Shown here: positions 30,099 through 44,388 of the stretch, piece by piece
Layout of the letters: each line of letters opens with the position of its first letter
How positions within the stretch are numbered: position 1 is the stretch's first letter
Assembly (NCBI RefSeq): GCF_009914755.1
Contig: NC_060926.1
Source: the human T2T-CHM13v2.0 reference genome, Homo sapiens
Strand: one strand, 5' to 3'
DNA: 64,000 nt
Notes under the pieces: generated by a model
The model's database searches: none
Told to the model about the DNA's origin: nothing
What the model saw: only the letters and a program-made list of their open reading frames with translations
Position numbers and translations under genes: made by a program

Positions 30099-31047
30099 TC
30101 CAATTTTTTTGATTGCTCACTCCACTATGAAACATTGGTGAGCACACCCTCCTCCCAGTTTTGGTATATTTATCCATTGTTTATATGCACTCCTGTCAGC
30201 AGTGGATCTCAACCAAGGTGCATGCTGACATCATCTGGGGAATGGTGGGGAGATCTTTTAAAAATACGGATATGTGGCCTACTTCACAGGAATTTTATTT
30301 TAATAACTGAAGATAGAGATGGGCACTAGTGTTCTTTTAAAACCCCTAGGTGAGTTGAGAGCCAGAGTTGAGAGTCACAGGCTTAGAGACGTTTACCTGT
30401 CATCCTCATGACCTCCCTAAAGATCACTTTGAACTTGAGATTTCTGCTTTACACCTTTAGTAGTTTTTAATTAGGGGTTTTCTTTCTTGAAGAAAGTGAT
30501 GGATAAGCATTTAGGTCAAGACAAACAAACAAAGTCACTTAGAGAATAACTTATTAAAAAATGGTTTTGAAAAAAGAGCATTATGAAATGTTTATCTCCC
30601 TGTTAGCCTCTATGTAGAACATGTTCAAAAGCTCACCTTTAATTTAATTAAATGTATTAATTACTCCTGACCTTTATGTTCCGGTGCTGTAACTTTTAAG
30701 AGCACTTAATGAAAATACATCATGTTAATCCAAATTCAAAGGCATCTTCTACGTAGAGGTAATAAAATAGATTAAAGTTCACCTTTTGCCCTGTGGTATT
30801 CTGTAAAGGTGATCCAGGGTGATGTTCCTACAGCAACTTTGACTTTCGATTAGTAGAGTCTTTTATTGGATTGTTTAACTTTTAGGAGAGCAGTCCTGGT
30901 TCATAGTGTACACTCTCCATTCCAGTTGTTCATCCAGGAGACAGACACTTCAAAAATGTAAAGATGACTGACGAAGGTGGTATGTAGTGTTTGTCTCTGA
31001 AAAAAAAAAGATAGTATTTCTCTCACAAGCAGAAAACATATATGGAC

Positions 31048-31093
31048 GTGTGTGTGTCTGTGTGTGTGTGTGTGTGTGTCTGTGTGTGTGTGT
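31048..31093. repeat. (TG)n microsatellite in intron 7
   Basis: TG run with two TC interruptions. Confidence 0.95.
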
Positions 31094-32027
31094 TTATTGT
31101 AGGAACACAGGCTAACAGAAACAGCATTAAGCCTATTTTTTCTTGGATTAGATACACATTCTTGTTTGTTATTTCTGTTATCATAAAATCTCAGTTAAGG
31201 CCACAAAGTTGCCTGCATGTAAGCAGGCTTTGGTGACAATTGTAATAGAAAATGAGGGAAGAAAAAATGGTAGGATCCAAAGAGAACAATTCCTATTTGG
31301 TCCAATGATCATGATATTAAAAAAGTTCAGCAAATAAAAAGCCGACTATGCTAATGAACATTTAAGGATTCCATAGTTCTTCAACACATGCTACAACTAA
31401 CCAGTAAAGAAGCTATGTATTCAAAGATAAATCTGTGTTTCAAGTCTTCTTACCCTACCCACAACCAAAACTTCCTGAAAATTTCAGCCACATGACTGTA
31501 ATTTTTATTCAATAAAAAGGGACTGTTCTTAACCTAGTGAAATTCTATGCAATGTGGAAATAGGAGAAAAGTAATGCTGAGGCAGCTTCAAAACCAAGTT
31601 TATGTACAGAGAGATGATGGCTGAGAATAGCCCTACTATTGTCTTTCTTCATTTACACATGAATAACTGAGCCTTAAAGAAGAAACAGTGAGTGTCCCAC
31701 CACATTTCCAAGTGGTTGAAGGAATACTCTAGAATTCTGTTTATGAGAGTTTGTTTTCTATGATTCTAGGCAATGTAACACCATCATTGCAGAAAGGAAA
31801 TATATATCTTACCACCAGTGTCTGTGCAGGCATTGTGAATAACACTAACTATAACCAATACCTTTTAGAAGCCAAGAGATATAAGACATTTCCACTTGAC
31901 CAGCACATGGACTTCACACCAGACTAATGTATATGATTCTGAGTTTATTTCAAAACAACCTAGTAAATAGGATGACCCCAGATGGATAAAGAACATTTGG
32001 TTCCTTGGTGGTTATAATGGTTGTTGA

Positions 32028-32351
<324 letters not shown>

Positions 32352-32901
32352 TAATATTCTATGTTAAATCTGACTGTACTTTAAGCATACGAGATTAAAT
32401 AACAAATTATACCTATGCTGAATGGATGCTATCAGTACCTGTTCTTATTCATGTCAATACTAAAGGGAACAAATCAATATAATTATTTCCCAAGAGGTAC
32501 AGTCACAGGGCTATCATTTAACCTTTTTGTCTTTCTGATGAAAGAGTAATGAAACCTAAACTATTCAGCAAAACTTTTAGTATAATTAAATTCTCTATGA
32601 CACTGGAAAATCTTGGTGGAAGCAGGGCATGGTAAGTTGTTCGACACGTATTTTTGTAACTTCTGAACTGTTTTATACTTGCACTCCAAAGTCCACCTTT
32701 GCAGGAAGATATCCTCTCAATTTGATTTTCTTTATTGAATCAAAGTGGCTGCAAAACAGCATGCTTCTTGGTTGATTAAAGCTTTTCCTCTCTCTAGGTT
32801 TTAGTTAACAAAACAATCCCAGTGTTTTTGCTTTTGCTTTGTTTTGTTTTGATTTTATTTGATTTTTTTTAATTAACCAAAGGAACTCCTTGAACAAGGC
32901 A

Positions 32902-33366
32902 TTTTCTTTTTGTTTTTAATTTTACTTTAAGTTCTGGGATACTTGTGCAGAACGTGCAGGTTTGTTACATAAGTGTATGTGTGCCATGGTGGTTTGCTGC
33001 ACCTATTGACCCGTCCTCTAAGTTCCTTCCTTGCACCACCCCCCACGCCCCCCAACAGGTCCCAGTGTGTGTTGCTCCCTCCCTGTATCCATGTGTTCTC
33101 ATTGTTCAACTCCCACTTATGAGTGAGACCATGTGGTGTTTGGTTTTCTGTTCCTGTGCTAGTTTGCTGAGGATGATGGCTTCCACCTTCATCCATGTCT
33201 CTGCAAAGGAATGATCTTATTCCTTTTTATGGCCACATAGTATTCCATGGTATACATGTGCCACATTTTCTTTATCCAGTCTATCACTGATGGGCATTTG
33301 GGTTGGTTCCATGACTTTGTTATTGTAAATAGTGCTGCAATAAATGTATGTGTGCATGTGTCTTTT
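32902..33366 (-). mobile_element. L1PA 3' fragment in intron 8
   Basis: Antisense L1 3'UTR TACTTTAAGTTCTGGGATAC...CAACTCCCACTTATGAGTGAGA...GTGCTGCAATAAA. Confidence 0.93.
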
Positions 33367-33786
33367 CAAGAGCACCAGAAGGTGGTTAGTTTAAGGATGG
33401 TAGCACTTCTACAAAGAGATAAACTAGGGATGGCCTATGCTCTGTCAATGCCACATAAGAACTGTTCCCTAATATGTAAAGTGAGGAAATCTTCCCTTGC
33501 TTTATTATACCTCCCTGACACCATGTTAGCTCATCCTGCCTTTGCCCCTGTGCATTCAGGAAAAGGCTCAGGTGGCCTGTGTGTCATGCATCTGGTACAC
33601 AGAAACCCCTCCCAAAGGTCCACCCAGGAAGTCACCTTGATTGTTTGCTTTGGGTGCTGTAGCTGTAGTTGGTTTTTCCCATAGATTGAGCCATTTGAAC
33701 CAGGAGAATTCTTTAGACCAGTTTTGAAGCAAAAAATATGTCTCATTCTTTGCCTAAATGAGCCAAGACACTGTGCAAAAAGCTGA

Positions 33787-34437
<651 letters not shown>

Positions 34438-35740
34438 CCCCATCTAAATAAAATACTGCTTTTGCAAACAGAACACTGTAATAGGGTAGTTCTGGAGAGA
34501 TGGTATGCAGCATACAAAAATATATTAAAAATATAAACAATGTTCAGGAGAGTAAAAATTCATATAAAGTGCAATTGCACAAATACAAGCCAAGCTAGAA
34601 GGAAGCACCTATGAAAGCAACAACTTTGTTTCTCATCCATAGTAGTATTGATTTTGATGCTAGATAGTTTTGCTAGGTATAAAAAATAAGTAAAGTTCCA
34701 CTTAGAGAACAAAGGGCCAAATAGAGTTTTTATATTTGTTATGATAAAAGGAAGTAGATGTGAAAAAGCCTAAGAAAAAGGAAATTGGACAGTTTTGATA
34801 CAAACTTTGTTTGCTAATGCACTGATGAGTCTAGTTTCATTATAGCACGAAGCTATGAGAATAACTTCAGTCACTCCCTTGAATGGTGCAATGAATTAAC
34901 CAGCTGATTTTTCTTAGTGTGATGATTAACCCCTTCTTTCATGTTCTGAGCTATAACATTTGCTGAATATGCAATTTGTTATTCTTTTATTAATGGCATG
35001 TAATATTCTGAGCACGGGCAAAGAAAACACACAAAAAATTATGTATTGGCATTTATTTATGTGCAAGGTGATAGGAAAACTGAATCCATCTTTGTAGAAG
35101 AGCACTGGGCTAATTTGTATGTTTCCATAGCTACTATATGCATAAACAACAGTACCTGAAGGATTATTAAGCAACCTTAAAGCAATAAGTTCATTAAACA
35201 GAAGGTAATAGGAAGAACAGTACATTTTTGTCTTTATCTCAAGTATATAAAGTTTTGCCCCATGATAAAATAAGTAACATATAAATTAATACATAAGTTA
35301 ATATTGGAAGTGAAATTAGGCCTTATGTAAGGAGAGGTAGCTACACAGCATCTGTTACGGTTAATGAGAGGCACACTGCTAAATTTACGTATATTTCATT
35401 GAATACTTTATGGGAAGCCTCCACAACACCTCCTGATAGTAGTAAAATTAGAAAAAAACAAACTCTACTAATTTTTAGATATTCATTAATAGGAAAGATT
35501 TAATGTTACAGCATCTACTCTTTGGCACTTTTTCACATAAGCCAGCCTTAGAGACTAGACAAATAACTACTGCAAAAAGTACATAGTGAATTTTAAAATG
35601 TAGAAGAAAGCAAAAAATAAAATAAGTCCTAAAGTGAAGAAGCCATCAATTTTAACATTTGATGTCTAGATAACATTCATGAGATTGGTCATTAAATACT
35701 ATTTTGCTCCTTTTCTGGTGTTACACATACACACTCATAC

Positions 35741-35774
35741 GTGTGTGTGTGTGTATGTGTGTGTGTGTATGTGT
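35741..35774. repeat. (GT)n in 3'UTR
   Basis: Direct run. Confidence 0.9.
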
Positions 35775-37506
35775 AATGATTTGTGTCCATTTCAAGTGTT
35801 TTCACACCAGTCACACATTATAGAAATTACTGGAGCCATGTCTACAAAAGCAAAGTGAAGTGATGAGCTGAAAAGTGATCAGGGAATCTGATCCCATAAA
35901 GAAAGTGAGTCTGAATTGTTGAAACTAAAGCACTTCTTTTCCAAAAATACTTCTGCAACTCATGAACAAAATGAAGTTAACTTAGTGTTTAGCATTAAAA
36001 ATAAAAGTTGTACCTTGACCCTAGAATTCCTTTTATAAGATTTAATTGTAATTGTCTCAAAGCATCAAATAATACATCTTTATCATTAAACATGAATTTA
36101 ATGTCTAGGATAATTTTTAAAAGAGGAAATTAAATAATTTTACATGTCTCATATTTTCAGTGCTTTCTCAAAATTTGATGGTGAATATTACATTGCATTC
36201 AAAATCTTCACTGAATATCATATATATCTAAATGAAAAGAGAATTACTTATATTCATCTATTTTCTCAGAATCTATTCAGTACCCTATGGAGTACATGGA
36301 AGAAGTATATTTTTGGAACCAGTAAGTATGGGAGTCCACGATTCTCAGGTATTGATTGAAAAAAGAGAAAGGGGCAAGAAATTCATTAAAGAAAAACCAC
36401 AGATACTGAAACATTTGACACATAAAAGTAATTAATTGCTGGAGACTACAATTCCTGGCAAACACCATTATTCCAGATGCACCATGCTACCCAGCATGCT
36501 ACCTGAATGGCGGTTTTTATCCATCCTGTCACCCTGAGCATCTGTCTCAACCTGCTGAGGCACAGACTTCCACCATGTGCATCAGGAAACACCTCACTCA
36601 TACTGTCATATAATGCAACAGGGAGGCATAGTCTCTCTACAGGTCTCTCTCTTTACGTTGTACCATTCTGTTGGGCAACAATTGTCCCAACAACCACACT
36701 TAAATCCAGTGGGGAAAAAAAGGTTAACAGTAAAAATTTCTTCCACGTAATTCAATTTCTCACAATAGACAGAAACAGGGGGAAAATGTTTGCCCTGTTC
36801 AAAGTACTAAAACTAGATAACTTAAATAATTTAAGCCAATAAATAATATTATATTGTATTTAACCCATTATTCCTCACCTACCCTCAAAGTAGGTATACA
36901 AAAGACTAGTTTGTTATTAATCCACAAATATGCTAAATGTTAGCAAGATGATTTTTAAGTACAAAAAAGTTTAAGATTGCAAGGAAGGAAACAATGGTCA
37001 CAAGGTCTTTACTTATGCACATTTGTGCATAAATTTCCACCCAATTTCCAAGACAGTTGTATCACAAAGCTGTGAAATGTGCAAGAGTATACTTTGTACC
37101 CATCATGTGCTCTGTTTTGACATAATGAGTAATGCAGACATTTACATGTTCTTCCAGCTTCAATCAGTAGACCTGATTTTCAAAATCTGCCCTCAGATGA
37201 AAATAAAATAAACGAAACATTTAGACAATGGCTATATTAATCTGGGAAGGCAACACCTGTGGATAAAACATTAGAAGAAAACATATATTTTATTTTCATA
37301 CTTTTGATATGATTGTAACATATTTCTTGAGTAATTTAAATGCTTTGTTTTCCCACACATATTCAAATCAGCAAGCTTGTAGCTGGACTGCAATATCAAC
37401 AACAAGTTGTTTCAAACAGCATCAAAATACAACTTCATTGCTACACTTACAAGTAATGAATTTTATGTGACTATGAAACGAATATAAGCTTAAAATAAGT
37501 GAATCT

Positions 37507-37546
37507 AATAAAATGGCTATTCCTCTTTTTACTTGGAAATAATAAA
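37507..37546 (+). terminator. SLC5A7: Distal polyadenylation signals AATAAA (37507-37512, 37541-37546)
   Basis: Two canonical hexamers with downstream U-rich element TTTCTTTTTCTGTTTT at ~37577. Confidence 0.65.
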
Positions 37547-39127
37547 TTAACATTATATTTTAAACATAAATTATGATTTCTTTTTCTGTTTTAGCCTTCA
37601 TGTAAATTTACACTGGTATGATGTGTAATTTATTGTACGTTTGCTACTTCATAGACAGATGCATATAATGGTTCTAGAACATATATTTTTGTCTGTCAAA
37701 TTATTATATAAAATTATGCTTAAAATAAGTATATTTGCAACTGTGTAAATGCTTTAAGTGTAATGGCAATGTATTAAATTGTGCTGGTCAATTTAGGGTA
37801 TCATTGTCTAAATTTGGCTTTTGGGGGCCCTCTCTTAAACTAAGTATATATGGTGCTTCAAGACAATTATGCAATGAAATCAAAATAAACCATCTCATTA
37901 CTGGAGGATAGGCAAATGCCAAGTGGAAATGCTGCACCTCACGTAAGTCTTGGGGCAATATATATCATAGCTCAAAAACAAATGTAAATTGTTTTTCTTG
38001 GAAAAGACATTCTACCATTGTACACAGGTCTTTTGTAAATCAAAGAAATCAATAGAATAATATCCATTAAGAGTCTCATGCTTACTGACTGAGTCAGCCA
38101 GGTGATTCCAATTATATTCGTTCCAATCACATAAAGAAGATCTGCATTTTTCAAACCAAACAGCTGACCAGCAGTTGTTGTATGAAGTCAATCTCTAAGT
38201 GACAAGTGGCTGTCATTGTGCTCCAACTATGTGCTCTGTATCTCTCATCTTACTCTCTCAAGATGTCTTTAGACATGTAGTTATATACATTCTCAGAAGA
38301 ACTTTGGCCTTTCATACCTTAATTATAATAAGCATTAGTGCCTTTGGATGTATATAGGGCAGAAGGGCCTATAATGAGTGTAGGGACGAATGAAGGAAAG
38401 AATAAGTAGGTATGCCAGGGCAACATCACATCGAGTTGTCGTCTTGTGGACACACTTCTGGAGATTATACATTTTTGCTTTATCACAAATCTATAGTGTG
38501 GGGTGAATTATTAAGAGCCAGAAAAGAGACTGTATCAGAATATAATATTAGGGCCCGTGGACGTTATCTTCATTTTAACCATTGTATCTAGAGAGCTTAA
38601 ATTTGATCATTAACATTCTCCTAGAACAGACATTCTTGAGAGAGATCCAGAAAGCTATGGGATAATGATAATTATGGTTTCTCCAATTTTTATACTGTCA
38701 CCTCAAGAAAAGTTACAAAACAGTAAAAACAGTCATTGTATCTTATTTAAATTCTCTAAAGTCAGAGAATATGTGGTGATTCTGCCTTTATTTTTGGTTG
38801 GAAAACTATAGTTATCTATTTAAAAGAGATATTGCATTATGTATTTTGAAGCCAAACTGCTGTGTTGATTTATCAGTTTGTCATATAGAGGCAGTTAAAA
38901 GCATAAACCAGGTAAGACTAAAAGTCCAGTGATAGAATTTAGAGCAGTAGGTATTACTGAAAGAAGTAATTGAAAACAGCTTCTGATAGTGCAGTGCCAC
39001 ACGTGGAGCTGAAGAGAATACAGTAGAAGGATGGGGCCAGGAATCACGCTCTTTTGGGTTCTGAAAATGGACGGAGCTGGGAGAATTATTGAAACTCTCT
39101 GGATCTCTTTTATTTTTGTAAGTCTTC

Positions 39128-39261
39128 TTTTTTTTTTTTTTTTTTTATTATACTCTAAGTTTTAGGGTACATGTGCACATTGTGCAGGTTAGTTACATAT
39201 GTATACATGTGCCATGCTGGTGCGCTGCACCCACTAATGTGTCATCTAGCATTAGGTATAT
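39128..39261 (-). mobile_element. Very short 5'-truncated L1HS-Ta
   Basis: Reverse strand reads ATATACCTAATGCTAGATGACACATTAGTGGG...AAAACTTAGAGTATAAT-A19; ACA (39238-39240) and G (39155) Ta diagnostics. Confidence 0.95.
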
Positions 39262-41967
39262 TATTTAGATAACCTTTAAGATCTTTTATATCTCTAGATT
39301 TTTCATTACGCCCTTATTAGGAAACTTTTTCGGAGAATTGTAGCGTAACTTGTTGGACAGTAGTTGAGAGTGGGACTATAGAACAAGACACACATGGCTT
39401 TGAAAAGCAGCTCAGCATCAGATTGAGGGCCACAAGAGTTGCATGGTCTTAGCCAAGTCACTTAACCTCTGTAGGCCTCAGTTTCCCAGATGTAGATGGT
39501 ATTTACTTGCTATTAGTACATTATATGATGCATACAAGCTTTCCTGAAACTGTCTTTCCAACTGGGAAAACTGTGACAAAATTTATCTAGCTTTTGGGAA
39601 ATCATTTTGACTTTGAATCTTGTATTCAACTAGTTATCAGCATGGATTCTATGATAAGGATGAAGAAAAAGGGATATGTTTTAAAATATATTGACCTATA
39701 GGTCATATTTGGTTTATTTGGCTCTTCAATGACCTCATTCAACACAAATTTTATGCTGTGCTGCATGCACCCAAGTTGTGCTCCATACATTACCATTGGT
39801 TTAACTAGACGTGGCTAAGTCCATGGTACAGTTTACCTCAGCATTTATATTGGAATTTTTGGGCAATACCACTTATCAAGAGTACTTTGTGCCCAGAGTA
39901 AACAACAGAAAGAGAAAGGCCATGGCAGTTTTGCGGGCTTGGGAAAGTCTGAAAAATTTCTTTAGCTTAGTTGCCATGTGTTTTTCTGATCATTTCCTTA
40001 GAAGATACCACATGATTGAAATAATTTTTAAAGAAGTAATAACAACGATAGGATATTCAAAATTATTTTTTCAATGTGTAAATCATCCAAAGTTGGCCTT
40101 CAAAGTTCATAAATGTGTATGTTGAGGGTGAATTGGGGGTGGGAAATACATGCTAATGGGTTCCAATAAAAATTAACATGAAATTTGAAAACATCAAGGT
40201 CGAGAAAGTATTGCAAACCACACTACTCTATGTAGGTTAAAATGTCCCAGGCATAGATGATAGCCATGGGCACAAAACGTAAGCTAGGACTTAAGTGCAA
40301 GGAACAATTTGGGTTGAACCCATGCAGAGCAATTGCTGTCTCAAACCCATTTGTTTGTGTTCACAGCGTTTGAACTTACACAATGAACGCCACATGTTCT
40401 GGTTTCTGTTCATCAACATTAAGTCCAAATTTATCCTGAAGAAAAAAACTAACCTACATAGTGTTCTATTTTATAATAACTTCCTTTTTACATTTTCATT
40501 TGTATAGCAAAATTTCCATTAAATAATAACATACATAGTAAATATTTCCCACATTTCATTTTCCAGAGAGAACTACAAAGTCCCAGAAAAATAAATTTTT
40601 AAAACTGAAGATTTTAAAACATAATATAAAATAAAAAGAGCTGATTATGACTTTGTACACATTTGGTGCAGTCTCCTGTATCACAGTTATTTAGAGGGGC
40701 TAAAAAAAAATCCTTAAAAGTAATTTTAGTTCACTCCATATCCTAATTAATAAAAGACTTTTTAAACAAAATCTGAAGTAGAAGCAAGTTTTCAGCATTC
40801 ATATTGGTGGCCTGTTAGAGTCTACTTTGGAGATTCTTCTTTCTTATTTTCATCATCTGCTGACCCTAGGTGTTAGGAGATGTTGCCTTCAGTCCTGGCT
40901 TTCCTCCTAACTGTTTGGTCTTGGATGACTTAATTGACCTTTCATCATCTCAAATCATGTTCTATAAATGATATAAATTTCTATAAAGGCTCTTTAAGGC
41001 CTCTTTCTGTCTTGAAATTTAATCCTATGTTGGTCTACACCTCCCCTCCATGTCAGATCAGATGTAATTTATTACTTACACTAACGCTATTCGAATTACC
41101 CCAAGATCTCATGTCCTATCCTCTCCCTCATTGCCACTGCCAGCTGGTTAGTGATATCAACTTCTCTAGTGAATTATCCATTTTCTCTTTCTAGGAAATA
41201 GGGGGGACACAATATTTTTATCAAGGAAAATAACACACATTTGCCCCCTCCAAGTCCTATTTTCTTACCATCAGAAATGCTCTATTTGTGAATTCAGCCC
41301 ATCTTGTGGTATTAACAACATACGATCGAGTCTCACTATAAATATACCCTTCACTTTGTCCAGGTAGTTGGTAAAAGCCTAAGGTATTGAACAACTCCGA
41401 GTTACCCAGCAGGCAGCCCCTTGGAATCACTGGACTATTCTAGTAGCCTCTGAAATTCTGCCTCCTACTCTATGTTGAGCCTTCTAAGACCCATAAACCG
41501 CCCCCCAAAACTGGTTATTTTTTATATGAGTTTCATCCACTTATTTGTGTATTATTCAACAAATGTTTATTGAACACCATCTACTCAGGAGGCTTGGACA
41601 GAAGAACTGTGTGAGCCCAGCGAGCTATGATCATGCCACTGCACTCTAGCCTGGGCAACAAAGACCCAAGAAAACCCTCCAAAAAACAAAATGGACTTGA
41701 GAGATTAATGAAAGTTGATTCTCCAGTAGATTCAGAAGGTTGATTTCAGGGATTTAAACCTATTATATTGTGAGCCCACTCACAGGCATGAGAGAGCTGG
41801 GGGGAGCTGACTTGGGGAGAAGTTATTAATTTGCTTTTTTATATACTCAATTGAGCTTTTTACACAGTTTCCAGGAGGGGGAATATAGTATGCATTAGAA
41901 AATGTATTTCACATGCTTGGAGCTATTCTAGATTAAGTTTTTATTCAGGAATGAGTCTTTAATCTAG

Positions 41968-42141
41968 ATCATTGGTTCTCAGTCCTGGATATACACTAGA
42001 AACAACTGAGAAGCTTTTGAAAAGTATTGGGTCCCTCTTAGACCAATTGACTCGGAATCTCTGGAATTAGGGACTAGCATCGGTATTTTTCAAAAAGTTT
42101 CTCAAATTATTCTAATATGTAGCCAAGGTTAAGAAAAATTG
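41968..42141. mobile_element. MER5-type hAT-Charlie MITE
   Basis: CATTGGTTCTCAGTCCTGG...GACTCGGAATCTCTGG...ATTATTCTAATATGTAGCCAAGGTTAAGAA. Confidence 0.7.
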
Positions 42142-43559
42142 ATTTAGAGTCTGTATCTCTGGGATATAAAGAACTCATAATCACTAATCTGATGCCTAGA
42201 CAGGAAATGAAAGCATAGCTTCCCCTTTCTTTACTTGTCTGAGAGATGACTTCTGAGCATTACAGATTTCATCTAACAAGAAGAATAAACATTGAACAAT
42301 GAAGCCTAAGGGTTAAAAATGTTGTGAAAGGGAGTGTATGGGGCATGTATGAGTGCCTAAAAAGGGGAACAAATCTAATCTGTGCATTTGGGCAAGTACA
42401 TCCTCAGTTGTTTAATACGTGAAATGATGAAGTGCCATTCATCTAATAAGTAAACATTAAATCTCTGCTCAGATTGTTTCCAAATACCATTTTCCATTAA
42501 AGAATATCAGGACTCCCTATAGGGAATGGCTGATTCCAGTCTGTGGCAAGGAATGTTAAGAGGAGCCTGGAATATATTTGCATAATAGATAGCAAAGAAA
42601 CTACCAATGATCACTGAGATCACGTAAAAAGGCAACTGAGCCAGAGAGTGGGCCATTTGCCCTATGAGAGTCTCTCTCATCCTCCTACCCCTGCCCTTTT
42701 CCCTAAGCAACCAGGGAAGTGCAACTGTATCTACCCATGGGCCACACTCACAGGGCAGCCAGGGGAAATCTTTCCTCCCCCACCTAGCAGCACCAGGTGT
42801 AGAACACACACTTGAGACACACAGGTGGCACTTACAGTGATGAAGCAGAAGACCCAGCTGCACCAATTAAGTATAGCCAGACAGAACAGTGCTGCAACAA
42901 CTAAAAACTGAATTGCCATTGGATCCACAGCTCATAGAAGTAGGCCAGGGCCTAAACTCTAAACCCAAACCAGGTGACTACCTGCTAAAATATAAAATAA
43001 AAATAAAACCCAGAGACTGCAAACATACTATTCAAGTTATCCAGAATATCATTTAAAAAAAATCAGTCATACCAAAAGCCAGGAAAATCACAACTTGAAC
43101 GAGAAAAGGTAAATCAACAAAGGCCAATAGGCTGATGAGTAAGATGTAGAAATTATATGACAAGGGTTTTAAAGCAGTCATCCTAAAATGGCTCCCACAA
43201 GCAAACCCAAATGTTCTGGAAACAAATGAAAAGCATGAGAACATGAAATGCCTGCAAAGAAATAAAAGGTACTAAAACGACCAAATGGGCAACATAGAAC
43301 TAAAATTAAAATAATCAAAACAAAAACTCACTGGTTGAGCTCAATAGCAGAATGAATATGACAGAAAAAAGAATCAGCAAACTTGAAGATAAAACAATAG
43401 AAATTACTGAAACTGCATAACAGAGAAAAATGGACAGAAAAAGGATTAAACAGAGTATCAGAGACACATTTGATGATAACAACAGATCTGGCACTTATAT
43501 CACTGGAGCATAGATGGAGAGAAGAAAAAGAGTGAGTTGCAAATGTATTCACATAAATA

Positions 43560-43609
43560 TTACGTTGGTGCAAAAGTTATTGCAGTTTTTCACATTACTT
43601 TTAGCCTAA
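43560..43609. mobile_element. Internally deleted MADE1 (Hsmar1 MITE)
   Basis: TTACGTTGGTGCAAAAGTTATTGCAGTTTTT matches the Hsmar1 TIR; ends CCTAA; flanked by TA. Confidence 0.75.
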
Positions 43610-44106
43610 TAATAACTGAAATTTTCCTAAACGTGACAAAAGATATAAACCTAAAGTTTCAAAAGTTGAACAAATTCCCAACAGGATAAACTATTCACTA
43701 CCTACATGGGAACTCCAATCCAAATAGCAGTTGATTTCTCACCTGGAGGCATGGAGGCCAGAAGAAAATGACACTACATGTTTCAAGTGCTAGAAAAAAA
43801 AATCAGGTGTCAACCTTGACCCATATACCTGGAGAATATTCTTTACTAATGATGAGGAAATAAAAACATTCTCAAATGAAGTGTTCTTCATTTGATTGTT
43901 TAAAGCAAAAATTGTAAGTCATCCAATAAAGTGCCCACCATGTGTAGAGGGAATAGTTTAAGAAAACTACATATTTAATACGTGGAGGGTAAGGGGTTCT
44001 AAATAGAGGTAAGTTTTCTACCTATTTCACTCTATGTCATAAAATGTCAACACCTGCGTACTGATGAAATCCATATGTATATTGTTTGTTGTTTTGCTTT
44101 TTGGGT

Positions 44107-44388
44107 TTTTTTTTTTTTTTGAGACAAGGTCTCACTCAAGTTGCCCATGCTGGGGTGCAGTGGTTTCATTACTCTTCATTGTAGCCTCAACCTCCAGGGC
44201 TCAAGCGATTCTCCTACCTCAGCCTCCTGAGTATCTGTGACCACAGGTCTGTGCCACCATGCCTGGATAACTTTTTTTTTTTTTTTTGTAGAGACAAATC
44301 TCGCTGTGTTGCCCAGTCTGGTCTCAAACTCCTGGGCTCAAGCCATCCTCCTGCCTTGGCCTCCCAAAGCTCTGGAATCACACTCATG
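44107..44388 (-). mobile_element. AluJ
   Basis: Diverged antisense dimeric Alu; flanking ATATGTATATT duplicated. Confidence 0.9.

Larger units (their letters stand above)
34438..37570 (+). other. SLC5A7: SLC5A7 long 3'UTR (end approximate)
   Basis: AT-rich, transposon-poor stretch ending at paired AATAAA followed by a U-rich tract; consistent with my recollection of a ~5-kb mRNA. Confidence 0.65.

Noticed and set aside
30640-30650. TAATTTAATTA, a PHOX2/homeodomain dimer-like site
   Set aside because: Such AT-only motifs are expected by chance here; no conservation evidence available
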